Shown here: in pieces, positions 46,584 to 54,899 of the stretch
Numbering within the stretch: the stretch's first letter is position 1
Layout of the letters: every line of letters starts with the position of its first letter
NCBI GenBank assembly: GCA_934130175.1
Contig: CAKOXP010000004.1
Coordinates: 16,244 to 80,243 of the forward strand
Direction: 5' to 3'
DNA: 64,000 nucleotides
Source: an uncultured Bacilli bacterium
GTDB lineage: Bacteria > Bacillota_I > Bacilli_A > RF39 > UBA660
Made by a program: the position numbers and the translations under genes
Notes under the pieces: generated by a model
What the model saw: the letters and a program-made list of their open reading frames with translations, nothing else
The model's database searches: none
What the model was told of the DNA's origin: nothing

Positions 46584-48337
46584 AATTATTAAAAACTTTC
46601 AAGAAAAAAGAATGGTTGTTAGCTATAATTAGTTTTCTTTTAATCTTTTTTCAAGTATGGTTAGAATTAAAGATGCCAGACTATATGTCCAAAATAACAC
46701 AATTAGTTCAAACTGATGGAAGTAGCATGAAAGCTATTTTAGAAAATGGTGGCTATATGTTAGCTTGTGCTTTTGGTAGTTTAATTGCTGCTATTATTGT
46801 TGGTTATTTAATATCAATTATTTCAGCAACTTTTTCAAAAAGAACGAGAAAGATGATATTTACAAAAGTAGAAGAGTTAGCTATCCATGAGGTGAAACAA
46901 TTCTCTACTAATAGTTTAATTACTAGAACAACTAATGATATTACACAAATAGAAATGTTAATAGCTATGGGTCTACAATTACTTATTAAGGCACCAATTA
47001 CAGCAATATGGGCAGTAACAAAAATTCTAAATAAGAGTGTAGAGTGGAGTATTATAACAGCTATTGCTGTAGTGATATTACTTTCCGTTATCGCAAGTTT
47101 AGTAATTATTGTGATGCCAAGATTTAAAATAGTTCAAAAATTAACAGATTCAATCAATGGTGTTACAAGAGAAAATCTAACTGGTATTAGGGTTGTAAGA
47201 GCGTTTAATGCTGAAAAATATCAAGAAGATAAGTTTGAAGATGTAAATAATAAACTAACAAACTTACAATTATTCAATCAAAAGAAATTTGCAATTATGT
47301 CTCCAATCATGTATTTGGTAATGTATTTCCTAACTTTATCAATTTACTTTGTAGGAGCAAAATTAATTGATAATGCTCTAATGGCTGATAAAATAGCTCT
47401 ATTTGGCGATATGGTAGTATTTTCATCATATGCTATGCAAATTATTATGTCATTTTTGATGCTTGCAATGATCTTTATGATGCTACCACGTGCTCAAGTG
47501 TCTGCTAAACGTATCAATGAAGTATTAGACACTGATATCACTATTAAAGATGGAGAGCTAGATAAAGATACAACGGACTTAAGAGGCTATGTTGAATTTA
47601 AAAATGTTTCCTTTAAGTATCCTGATGCTGAAGAGTATTTACTTGAAAATATTTCATTTAAAGCTAAAAAAGGAGAAACTATTGCTTTTATCGGATCAAC
47701 TGGTTCAGGTAAATCAAGTTTAATTAACTTAGTACCAAGATTTTATGATGCAACAAGTGGGGAAGTTTTAGTTGATGGTGTTAATGTAAAAGATTACAAA
47801 CAAGAATTCTTGCATCAAAAGATAGGCTATATTCCACAAAAGGCAGTAATGTTCAATGGTACTGTTAAATCAAATATCACATATGGTGATAGTGGTAAAG
47901 AAAAGACCGAGAAAACTGTAAAAGATGCAATCAGAGTCGCTCAAGCAGAAGAATTTGTTTCAAAAATGGATCACAAATATGATACACATATCGCTCAAGG
48001 TGGTACTAACGTAAGTGGTGGTCAAAAACAACGTTTAGCAATCGCACGCGCAATCGCAAGAGATCCAGAAATCTACATATTTGATGATTCTTTCTCTGCA
48101 CTTGACTATAAAACTGATAAAATTCTAAGACAAGAATTAAAGAAATATACTAAAGATGCTACTAATTTAATTGTTGCCCAAAGAATTGGAACAATTATGA
48201 ATGCTGATCAAATCTTAGTTTTGGACAATGGTAAATGTGTAGGTATTGGTACTCATAAAGAATTACTAAAAACATGTGATGTTTACAAGCAAATTGCACT
48301 TTCACAACTTTCAAAGGAGGAATTAGATTATGAATAA
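46577..48337 (+). CDS. ABC exporter permease/ATPase, degenerate-site subunit of a heterodimer (YheI/BmrC/LmrC-like)
   Basis: A 6-TM domain is followed by Walker A GSTGSGKSS, signature VSGGQKQR and Walker B IYIFDD, with Asp in place of the catalytic Glu. Confidence 0.88.
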   Translation: MLKLLKTFKKKEWLLAIISFLLIFFQVWLELKMPDYMSKITQLVQTDGSSMKAILENGGYMLACAFGSLIAAIIVGYLISIISATFSKRTRKMIFTKVEELAIHEVKQFSTNSLITRTTNDITQIEMLIAMGLQLLIKAPITAIWAVTKILNKSVEWSIITAIAVVILLSVIASLVIIVMPRFKIVQKLTDSINGVTRENLTGIRVVRAFNAEKYQEDKFEDVNNKLTNLQLFNQKKFAIMSPIMYLVMYFLTLSIYFVGAKLIDNALMADKIALFGDMVVFSSYAMQIIMSFLMLAMIFMMLPRAQVSAKRINEVLDTDITIKDGELDKDTTDLRGYVEFKNVSFKYPDAEEYLLENISFKAKKGETIAFIGSTGSGKSSLINLVPRFYDATSGEVLVDGVNVKDYKQEFLHQKIGYIPQKAVMFNGTVKSNITYGDSGKEKTEKTVKDAIRVAQAEEFVSKMDHKYDTHIAQGGTNVSGGQKQRLAIARAIARDPEIYIFDDSFSALDYKTDKILRQELKKYTKDATNLIVAQRIGTIMNADQILVLDNGKCVGIGTHKELLKTCDVYKQIALSQLSKEELDYE

Positions 48338-50696
48338 TGAAGAAGAAAAAGTAACTAAATCTCCTAGAAGAGGACCAGGTGGACATGGACCAGGAGGAAA
48401 CTTTGAAAAAGCAAAAGATTTTAAAGGTTCAATGCTTCGTCTAGCAAAAGAATTAAATAAATTTAAAGTCTTAATTATAATTGCTTTATTTTTAGCAGCA
48501 TTAGGTTCTGTTTTATCAATCATGGCACCTAATAAATTAAGTAAATTAACTGATGAAATATCAGAAGGATTAGTTATAAATAGTAAAAATTTAAAACAAA
48601 TAATTACTAAAACAACATCTTCCCTAAATGAAGAGAAAATGAAAGAAGTTATACCAAGTGTTTTAGAAATGAAACTAGACCAAAACACTATGGTAACAAT
48701 TATGACGTCTTCTCTAATTAGTGATGAAGATAAAGCTATATTTAAAGAAAAATTTGCAAACGTTGATCAAACTAATCAACAAGAAATGCTTAATATGTTA
48801 ACTTCATTACCCGAAAGTATTTTAAATGTAATACTTTCAACTACTACTTATAAGAACGTAGAAATTACAACAAGTGATAAAATAGCTTTATTAAAAGCTT
48901 CAACTAGTACTGATAAAAAAAATATTAGTTTACCAGATTCTATTTATCATGTAATGTTATCTGACTTTAAAATAGATAAACAACTTATTACAGTAGATGA
49001 TCAAATTAAATTTTTAAAAGTTATTTCTACAGTTTCAATGGATAAGAAAGATGCCACTAAACTTTATAAAAAGTTAGACGAAATGCCAAAGAGTATTAAA
49101 AAAGTAGTAGAACCAACCATGAATATGGAACGTATTAAAGATATTTCTTTATTCCTTGCTATTTTATATATTTGTAGTGCTATATTTACATATATTGAAT
49201 CTATTTCAATGACTACAGTTTCTAATAATTTTGCAAGAGGATTAAGAGCTAGAATTTCAACTAAGATTAATAAACTACCACTTAAATATTTTGATAATCA
49301 TTCAATTGGTGATATCTTATCTCGTGTAACTAATGATATTGATACTATTGCTCAATCAATGAATCAGTCTTTAGCAACCCTAGTTAGTGCTACAACTTTA
49401 TTTATTGGTTCTATAATCATGATGTTTTATACAAACTGGATTATGGCTTTAACTGCAATAGGTGCAAGTTTATTTGGATTTATCTTTATGTTTATAGTTC
49501 TTGGAAAAAGTCAAAAATACTTTATTCAAAGACAGAAAGAATTAGGTGAATTAAATGGACATATTGAAGAAGTTTATTCTGGACTTAATGTTGTAAAAGC
49601 ATACAATGGACAAAAAGAGTCTAATGAAAAGTTTGATGAATTAAATGAAGGACTATATGATGCTAACAGAAAAAGTCAATTCTTATCTGGGCTTATGATG
49701 CCAATGATGAACTTTATTGGTAACTTCGGATATGTGGCTGTATGTATTGTTGGAGCGCTACTTGTTTTGAATGATTATATTAGTTTTGGAGTAATTGTTG
49801 CTTTCATCTCTTATGTTAGATTATTTACTTCACCACTTTCTCAAATTGCTCAAGCCATGACTTCACTTCAATCAACTGCAGCAGCTTCAGAACGTGTTTT
49901 TGAATTTATTGATGAAGAAGAAATGTTAAAAGAAGAAAACTGTCAAGTCTTAGATAAATCTAAAGTCAAAGGAAAGATTGAATTTGATCACGTTGTATTT
50001 AAATATGATAACAATGATAAACCAACTATTAAAGACTTTAGCGTTAAAGTAAAACCAGGCCAAAAAGTTGCAATAGTAGGACCAACAGGAGCGGGAAAAA
50101 CAACTATGGTTAACTTACTTATGAAATTCTATGATATTAAAGACGGTGATATTAAAATTGATGGAGTCTCTATTAAAGATTTAACTAGAGAAAATATTCA
50201 TTCATTATTTACAATGGTTTTACAAGACACATGGTTATTTAATGGTACTATTAAAGAAAATATTATGTATAACCGTACCAACGTAGATGAAAAACGTATC
50301 AAGGAAGTTTGTAAAACTGTAGGACTTGATCATTTTATCAGAACCCTTTCAGATGGTTATGATACTGCATTAGCTGATAACGAAAGTATCTCATCAGGTC
50401 AAAAACAACTACTTACAATTGCTCGTGGTATGATTGAAGATTCTCCATTCTTAATTTTAGATGAGGCTACATCAAATGTTGATACTAGAACAGAAGAATT
50501 AGTTCAAAAAGCTATGGATAAATTAACAGAGGGAAAAACATCATTTATAATTGCTCACAGATTATCAACTATTAAAAATGCAGATGTAATCCTAGTAATG
50601 AGAGAAGGAAATATAATCGAACAAGGAAACCATGAAGAATTAATGAAAAAGAACGGTTTCTATGCTGATTTATACAATTCTCAATTTGAATTATAG
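48330..50696 (+). CDS. ABC exporter permease/ATPase, consensus-site subunit (YheH/BmrD/LmrD-like) with ~190-aa insertion after TM1
   Basis: The N terminus is GPGGHGPGGNFEKAKDFKGSMLRL. Walker A is GPTGAGKTT, the signature ISSGQKQL and Walker B FLILDEATS. A long hydrophilic segment lies between TM1 (aa ~45-65) and TM2 (aa ~265-285). Confidence 0.88.
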   Translation: MNNEEEKVTKSPRRGPGGHGPGGNFEKAKDFKGSMLRLAKELNKFKVLIIIALFLAALGSVLSIMAPNKLSKLTDEISEGLVINSKNLKQIITKTTSSLNEEKMKEVIPSVLEMKLDQNTMVTIMTSSLISDEDKAIFKEKFANVDQTNQQEMLNMLTSLPESILNVILSTTTYKNVEITTSDKIALLKASTSTDKKNISLPDSIYHVMLSDFKIDKQLITVDDQIKFLKVISTVSMDKKDATKLYKKLDEMPKSIKKVVEPTMNMERIKDISLFLAILYICSAIFTYIESISMTTVSNNFARGLRARISTKINKLPLKYFDNHSIGDILSRVTNDIDTIAQSMNQSLATLVSATTLFIGSIIMMFYTNWIMALTAIGASLFGFIFMFIVLGKSQKYFIQRQKELGELNGHIEEVYSGLNVVKAYNGQKESNEKFDELNEGLYDANRKSQFLSGLMMPMMNFIGNFGYVAVCIVGALLVLNDYISFGVIVAFISYVRLFTSPLSQIAQAMTSLQSTAAASERVFEFIDEEEMLKEENCQVLDKSKVKGKIEFDHVVFKYDNNDKPTIKDFSVKVKPGQKVAIVGPTGAGKTTMVNLLMKFYDIKDGDIKIDGVSIKDLTRENIHSLFTMVLQDTWLFNGTIKENIMYNRTNVDEKRIKEVCKTVGLDHFIRTLSDGYDTALADNESISSGQKQLLTIARGMIEDSPFLILDEATSNVDTRTEELVQKAMDKLTEGKTSFIIAHRLSTIKNADVILVMREGNIIEQGNHEELMKKNGFYADLYNSQFEL

Positions 50697-50721
50697 TATT
50701 ATTATTTAGAATAAACAAAAG

Positions 50722-50757
50722 ACAGTTAAGGCAAATATATCTTAACTGTTTTATTTT
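50722..50757 (+). terminator. Rho-independent terminator after ABC operon
   Basis: ACAGTTAAG-N10-CTTAACTGT followed by TTTTATTTT. Confidence 0.75.
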
Positions 50758-50845
50758 CTAATAATAACTAGATTAATAATTATTGAAAACATTCATATAA
50801 AGTGCTACAATACTACTAAATTTTTCTTTTACTAAGGGGGATTTT

Positions 50846-51784
50846 ATGGAAAATATAGAATATTGTGAAAGTATTAATTACTATAAAAATCAAAAATCGA
50901 ATATTCTTACTGCTGAAGAAGAAAGAGTTTTAATTATGCAAGCTTCCACCAATGAACAAGCAAGAGATAAACTTGTTCAAAGTAATATTCCATTCATTGT
51001 TTCGATAGCTAAAAAGTACAAAAATAATAACGTGACGTTAGATGATATAATACAAGAAGGAATTATTGGTCTTTTAATTGCAATCGATAGATTTGATATA
51101 AGTAACGAATGCAGATTACTTACCTATGCTGGACCATATATTAAAAAAAGCATTATTAATTTTCTTTCTGCTAATAGAACATTGAAAGTAGATACAAATT
51201 TATACTTTAAGATGAGAAAGTATGTAAGATTAAAAGAGTTATATAAAGAAAAATATAGAAGAACTCCATCAGATTCTGAAATGGCAAAAGAGTTGGATGT
51301 CACTATCTCGAAAATAAAAGACATAGAAAAGGCTTTAGTTGGTTTTGTAAATATTAATGATAAAATAAGAGAAGAGTGTGATGAAGAACTTGAAGAAATT
51401 ATTCCAAGCAACAGTGATTTGGTGGAAGATACAGTAATAGAATCTACATTAAAAGCAGAAGTAGAAAAACTATTTGAAGAAGTTGGTTTATCAGAACGAC
51501 AAAAAGATGTTCTAATTAAACATTGTGGACTAGACGGTAACAATAAGAAAACTTTTTTAGAAATTAGCAAAATATTAAATATTTCAAAAAGTAGGGTTGA
51601 ACAATTAGAATCTCAAGCAATTAAAAAAATAAGAAAGTCAAAACAAATTGATGATTTAGCAATATATCTAGATGACCCAATTCAAGCAGCAAAAAATCTT
51701 AGTGATTATCGTAAATTCTATATATTATCGAAAAATAAAACAAGAAAAATTAAGAATTTAGAAAAACTAAAATCAAAAATATAA
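50846..51784 (+). CDS. Sigma-70 family factor with SigA-like domain order (regions 1.2-4.2) but divergent region 2.3/2.4 and a C-terminal extension
   Basis: LTAEEERVLI (1.2), LVQSNIPFIVSIAKKY, DDIIQEGIIGLLIAIDRFD (2.1-2.2), LLTYAGPYIKKSIINFL (2.3-2.4), TLKVDTNLYFKMRKY (3.0) and ISKILNISKSRVEQLESQAIKKIR (4.2) are present. Confidence 0.8.
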   Translation: MENIEYCESINYYKNQKSNILTAEEERVLIMQASTNEQARDKLVQSNIPFIVSIAKKYKNNNVTLDDIIQEGIIGLLIAIDRFDISNECRLLTYAGPYIKKSIINFLSANRTLKVDTNLYFKMRKYVRLKELYKEKYRRTPSDSEMAKELDVTISKIKDIEKALVGFVNINDKIREECDEELEEIIPSNSDLVEDTVIESTLKAEVEKLFEEVGLSERQKDVLIKHCGLDGNNKKTFLEISKILNISKSRVEQLESQAIKKIRKSKQIDDLAIYLDDPIQAAKNLSDYRKFYILSKNKTRKIKNLEKLKSKI

Positions 51785-51807
51785 AACGACAAATTAGTCG
51801 TTTTTTT
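51784..51807 (+). terminator. Rho-independent terminator between sigma gene and spoIIGA
   Basis: AAACGAC-aaatta-GTCGTTT followed by T-run. Confidence 0.75.
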
Positions 51808-51834
51808 CGTGCTATATTTTTCTTGGTGATAGAA

Positions 51835-52614
51835 ATGACTGTCTACTTAGATTTAGTATTCTTTATTAATGTTTTCTTTGATTTTATATTACTTTATGGA
51901 ACTAAATACATCTTAAAAGAACATCCTAAATTTTATAGAATTGTTTTAGGAAGTCTAATAGGTGGAGGAAGTATTTTCTTTTTATTTTTAAATATTAACT
52001 CCTTAGAATTATTTATTCTTAAAATAATTATTAGTATCATGATGATTTTAACAACTTTTGGAAAAAATAATTTCTTTAAAACATATTTATATTTTTACAT
52101 AATAAGTATCTTTTTAGGAGGGTGTATGTATTTTCTTAACTATACATTTTCTTCTAAACATCAAGGATTAATCTTTTTTTCCAATGGACTATCAATTAAC
52201 TTTATTGTGATGCTGATACTTTCTCCTGTTATAGTCTATCTATATATAAAAGAATATAAAAACTATAAAATAGATGTTAATAATTATCATGATGTTACCA
52301 TTTATATCAGTAAGAATAAATATAATTTGAAAGGATATTTAGATACAGGAAATACTCTAACTGATCCTTACAAAAAAAGAGGAATAATTCTTATAAATTT
52401 AGATGAATACAAAATTTCAATAAAAAGTAAAAAAGTAATTTATGTTCCATATAAAACTATTACTGCTACAGGTGTTATTCCTTGTTACAGAATAGATAAA
52501 GTTTTAGTTGATAACAAGGAATTTAAGAATTTATTAATAGGAAATACTAAGAAAAATATAAAAATAGGAACAGCTAATTGTATATTACCAAATATAATTA
52601 AGGAGGATTTATAA
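51835..52614 (+). CDS. spoIIGA: Sigma-E processing aspartic peptidase SpoIIGA
   Basis: MTVYLDLVFFINVFFDFILLYGT is followed by five TM helices. The catalytic block GYLDTGNTLTDP corresponds to B. subtilis DSGN. The gene lies directly upstream of sigE. Confidence 0.88.
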   Translation: MTVYLDLVFFINVFFDFILLYGTKYILKEHPKFYRIVLGSLIGGGSIFFLFLNINSLELFILKIIISIMMILTTFGKNNFFKTYLYFYIISIFLGGCMYFLNYTFSSKHQGLIFFSNGLSINFIVMLILSPVIVYLYIKEYKNYKIDVNNYHDVTIYISKNKYNLKGYLDTGNTLTDPYKKRGIILINLDEYKISIKSKKVIYVPYKTITATGVIPCYRIDKVLVDNKEFKNLLIGNTKKNIKIGTANCILPNIIKEDL

Positions 52615-53306
52615 TGAAAAAATTTATTAATTTTATTAAAAGTTTATTCAGGAAAGTTGGAAATATTTTTTATGTAGGCGCAACTGATATTTTACCAGAA
52701 CCTTTAAGTAAAGAAAAAGAAGATTTTTATCTAGAATTACTTGAGGATGGAGATCAAAAAGCAAAAGATATTTTGATAGAACATAATTTAAGATTAGTAG
52801 TGTTTCTTTCTAAAAAGTACGAAAATACAGGAGTTGATTTAGAAGATTTAGTAAGTATAGGCACAATTGGATTAATAAAGGGAATTAATACATTTTCTAG
52901 AGGAAAAAATATTAAACTTGCAACATATGCATCACGTTGTATTGATAATGAAATATTAATGTATTTAAGAAAAACTAAGAAATTAAAGACTGAAGTTAGT
53001 ATTGATGCATCACTTTCATATGACTCTGAAGGAAATGAACTTCATCTAGAAGATGTTTTAGGAACAGATAAAGATATAGTTACAAAAGGAATAGAAGAAG
53101 AAAATGATAGAAAACTTATGCTTAATGAAGTTATGAGATTAAATCCAAGAGATAGAGATATTATTATTTTAAGATATGGTCTTATGGGACGTGAAGAACT
53201 TACTCAAAAAGAAGTTGCTGAAAAACTAGGGATTTCTCAGTCTTATATTTCAAGGATTGAAAAGAAGGTTATAAAAAGATTAAAGTCACTCGTTAACTAT
53301 ACTTGA
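52614..53306 (+). CDS. sigE: Sporulation sigma factor SigE precursor
   Basis: FYVGATDILPEPLSKEKE, NLRLVVFLSKKYENTGVDLEDLVSIGTIGLIKGINTF, KLATYASRCIDNEILMYLRK and GISQSYISRIEKKVIKRL align closely with B. subtilis pro-sigma-E, from memory. The gene is adjacent to spoIIGA. Confidence 0.92.
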   Translation: MKKFINFIKSLFRKVGNIFYVGATDILPEPLSKEKEDFYLELLEDGDQKAKDILIEHNLRLVVFLSKKYENTGVDLEDLVSIGTIGLIKGINTFSRGKNIKLATYASRCIDNEILMYLRKTKKLKTEVSIDASLSYDSEGNELHLEDVLGTDKDIVTKGIEEENDRKLMLNEVMRLNPRDRDIIILRYGLMGREELTQKEVAEKLGISQSYISRIEKKVIKRLKSLVNYT

Positions 53307-53332
53307 TTTTTTCATTCGGGGGGGGGTATAAT
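53303..53332 (+). promoter_or_regulatory. Putative promoter whose spacer contains a G9 homopolymer
   Basis: TTGATT (53303-53308), an 18-nt spacer ending in G9 (53318-53326), then TATAAT (53327-53332). The RBS AGGTGG and ATG 53367 lie downstream. Confidence 0.55.
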
Positions 53333-53366
53333 AGTCTTAGATATAGTAGAATAGGTGGTTTATAGG

Positions 53367-54179
53367 ATGAGAAAATCGGTCAAAATTACAATTATAATTG
53401 CAATGGTTGGATGTATTATTTCCATAAGTGGATCATATGCTGCCACAAATTACGTGATTAGCGCATCAAAAATTGGATATACAGATAATTCATCAATAGG
53501 TGCAGATAATGTTCAAGCAGCAATTGATGGTACTTGTACTAAGTTTTCTACTAAACTTAATAATATGATGGAACAGATGTATCCAATAGGAAGCATTTAT
53601 ATTACAACATCTATATCAGATTCTGATAAAGTCGCATCAACACTAGGAGTAGGAACATGGGAAGCATACGGAAAAGGAAAAACACTTGTAGGTGTAGATA
53701 AAAATGATAGTGATTTTGATACATCTGGAAAAACTTCAGGTTCTAAAACTGTCAAACTAGATAGTAAGAATATTCCTTCTATTACGTTTTCAGGTACCAC
53801 TGGTTCAACAGGTTCTGGTTATAGTATAGGCCATACCTGTGAAAATAGAGTCACTTCTACTGCAGGTGATCATACACACGCCTCTACAATAGGCGGTTCG
53901 TTCCTTATATTAGGAGGAAGTGTATCACATGCTCCTGCTTCTCAAGGTTTTGCATATAATACAAGTAGTGGTTGGTGGGTAAATCATAATAAGGCAATTG
54001 CTGGAATTGCTTCAGCCGGTAGTCACAACCATACAGCTACTGATTGCTATGCTTCAAGTATATCTGGTGTAGGAGCACATACACATACAATTAGTGCAAG
54101 TTACTCAAATACACAACAAACAGAAGTTAATATTATGAACCCTTATATAACAGTTTACATGTATAAAAGAACCGCCTAG
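53367..54179 (+). CDS. Secreted/anchored phage-tail-collar (tail-fibre tip)-like protein, orphan
   Basis: The signal/anchor is ITIIIAMVGCIISISGSYAA. ISASKIGYTDNSSIGADNVQAAIDG, YPIGSIYITTS...LGVGTWEAYGKGKTLVG...SGSKTVKLDSKNIPS and three GxHxH(T/A) motifs are present. The C terminus is NPYITVYMYKRTA. Confidence 0.7.
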   Translation: MRKSVKITIIIAMVGCIISISGSYAATNYVISASKIGYTDNSSIGADNVQAAIDGTCTKFSTKLNNMMEQMYPIGSIYITTSISDSDKVASTLGVGTWEAYGKGKTLVGVDKNDSDFDTSGKTSGSKTVKLDSKNIPSITFSGTTGSTGSGYSIGHTCENRVTSTAGDHTHASTIGGSFLILGGSVSHAPASQGFAYNTSSGWWVNHNKAIAGIASAGSHNHTATDCYASSISGVGAHTHTISASYSNTQQTEVNIMNPYITVYMYKRTA

Positions 54180-54188
54180 TTCTTTTTT
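54167..54188 (+). terminator. Rho-independent terminator
   Basis: AAGAAC-cgccta-GTTCTT followed by T-run. Confidence 0.6.
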
Positions 54189-54247
54189 CTTTTTCTCTTG
54201 TAAAATCATAAGATTTTACCTATACTAATATAAGGAGGATAGAAGTA

Positions 54248-54853
54248 ATGGCAAAATTATATTATAGATATGGAGCAATGAACTCAGGTAAAACAGCAAT
54301 TTTATTGCAAGTAGCTAATAATTATGAAGAACGTGGAATGAAAGTGTTGATACTAAAACCAGGAATAGACAGTAAAGGAGCCGATTTTTTAGTATCTAGA
54401 ATTGGTTTAAAAAGAAAAGTTGACCATATCATTTTAGAAGATGAAAATGTTTATAAATATTTAGAAAGTAATATTAAAGATGTAGCATGTGTTTTAATAG
54501 ATGAAGCACAGTTTCTTACAAAAAGTCAGGTAGAAGATTTAATGCAAATAGTAGTTGATTTTGATGTACCAATCATTTGTTATGGACTTCGTACTGATTT
54601 TAGAACAGAAGGGTTTGAAGGTTCAACCAGACTTTTAGAAATAGCTCATTCTATTGAAGAGATGAAAACTATTTGTAAGTGTGGAAGAAAAGCTATTTTT
54701 AATACTAGAAAAGTTAATGGAAAGTTTACATTTTCAGGTGAGAAAGTAGCAATTGATGGCTTTAGTGAAGTTACATATGAATCGCTTTGTCCAAAATGTT
54801 ATTATGAAAAATTAAGAAAGTATAAAAAGTTACAAGATTCATTATATAAATAA
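54248..54853 (+). CDS. tdk: Thymidine kinase
   Basis: The P-loop is YGAMNSGKT, IDEAQF is present, and the C-terminal zinc site is CKCGRKA...CPKCY. Confidence 0.93.
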   Translation: MAKLYYRYGAMNSGKTAILLQVANNYEERGMKVLILKPGIDSKGADFLVSRIGLKRKVDHIILEDENVYKYLESNIKDVACVLIDEAQFLTKSQVEDLMQIVVDFDVPIICYGLRTDFRTEGFEGSTRLLEIAHSIEEMKTICKCGRKAIFNTRKVNGKFTFSGEKVAIDGFSEVTYESLCPKCYYEKLRKYKKLQDSLYK

Positions 54854-54899
54854 TTTATTTTATGTTATAATTAGATAAGAATAAGAGGAGGCTATGTGA

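Noticed and set aside
53307-54200. A prophage or phage-tail-like particle cluster around the tail-collar-like gene.
   Set aside because: The neighbours are sigE upstream and tdk/ppdK downstream. No other structural, lysis or integration genes are present, so the gene is treated as an orphan.
52614-54247. Concluding that sigG is absent from the organism.
   Set aside because: Only the local synteny break can be seen. sigG may lie elsewhere in the genome.
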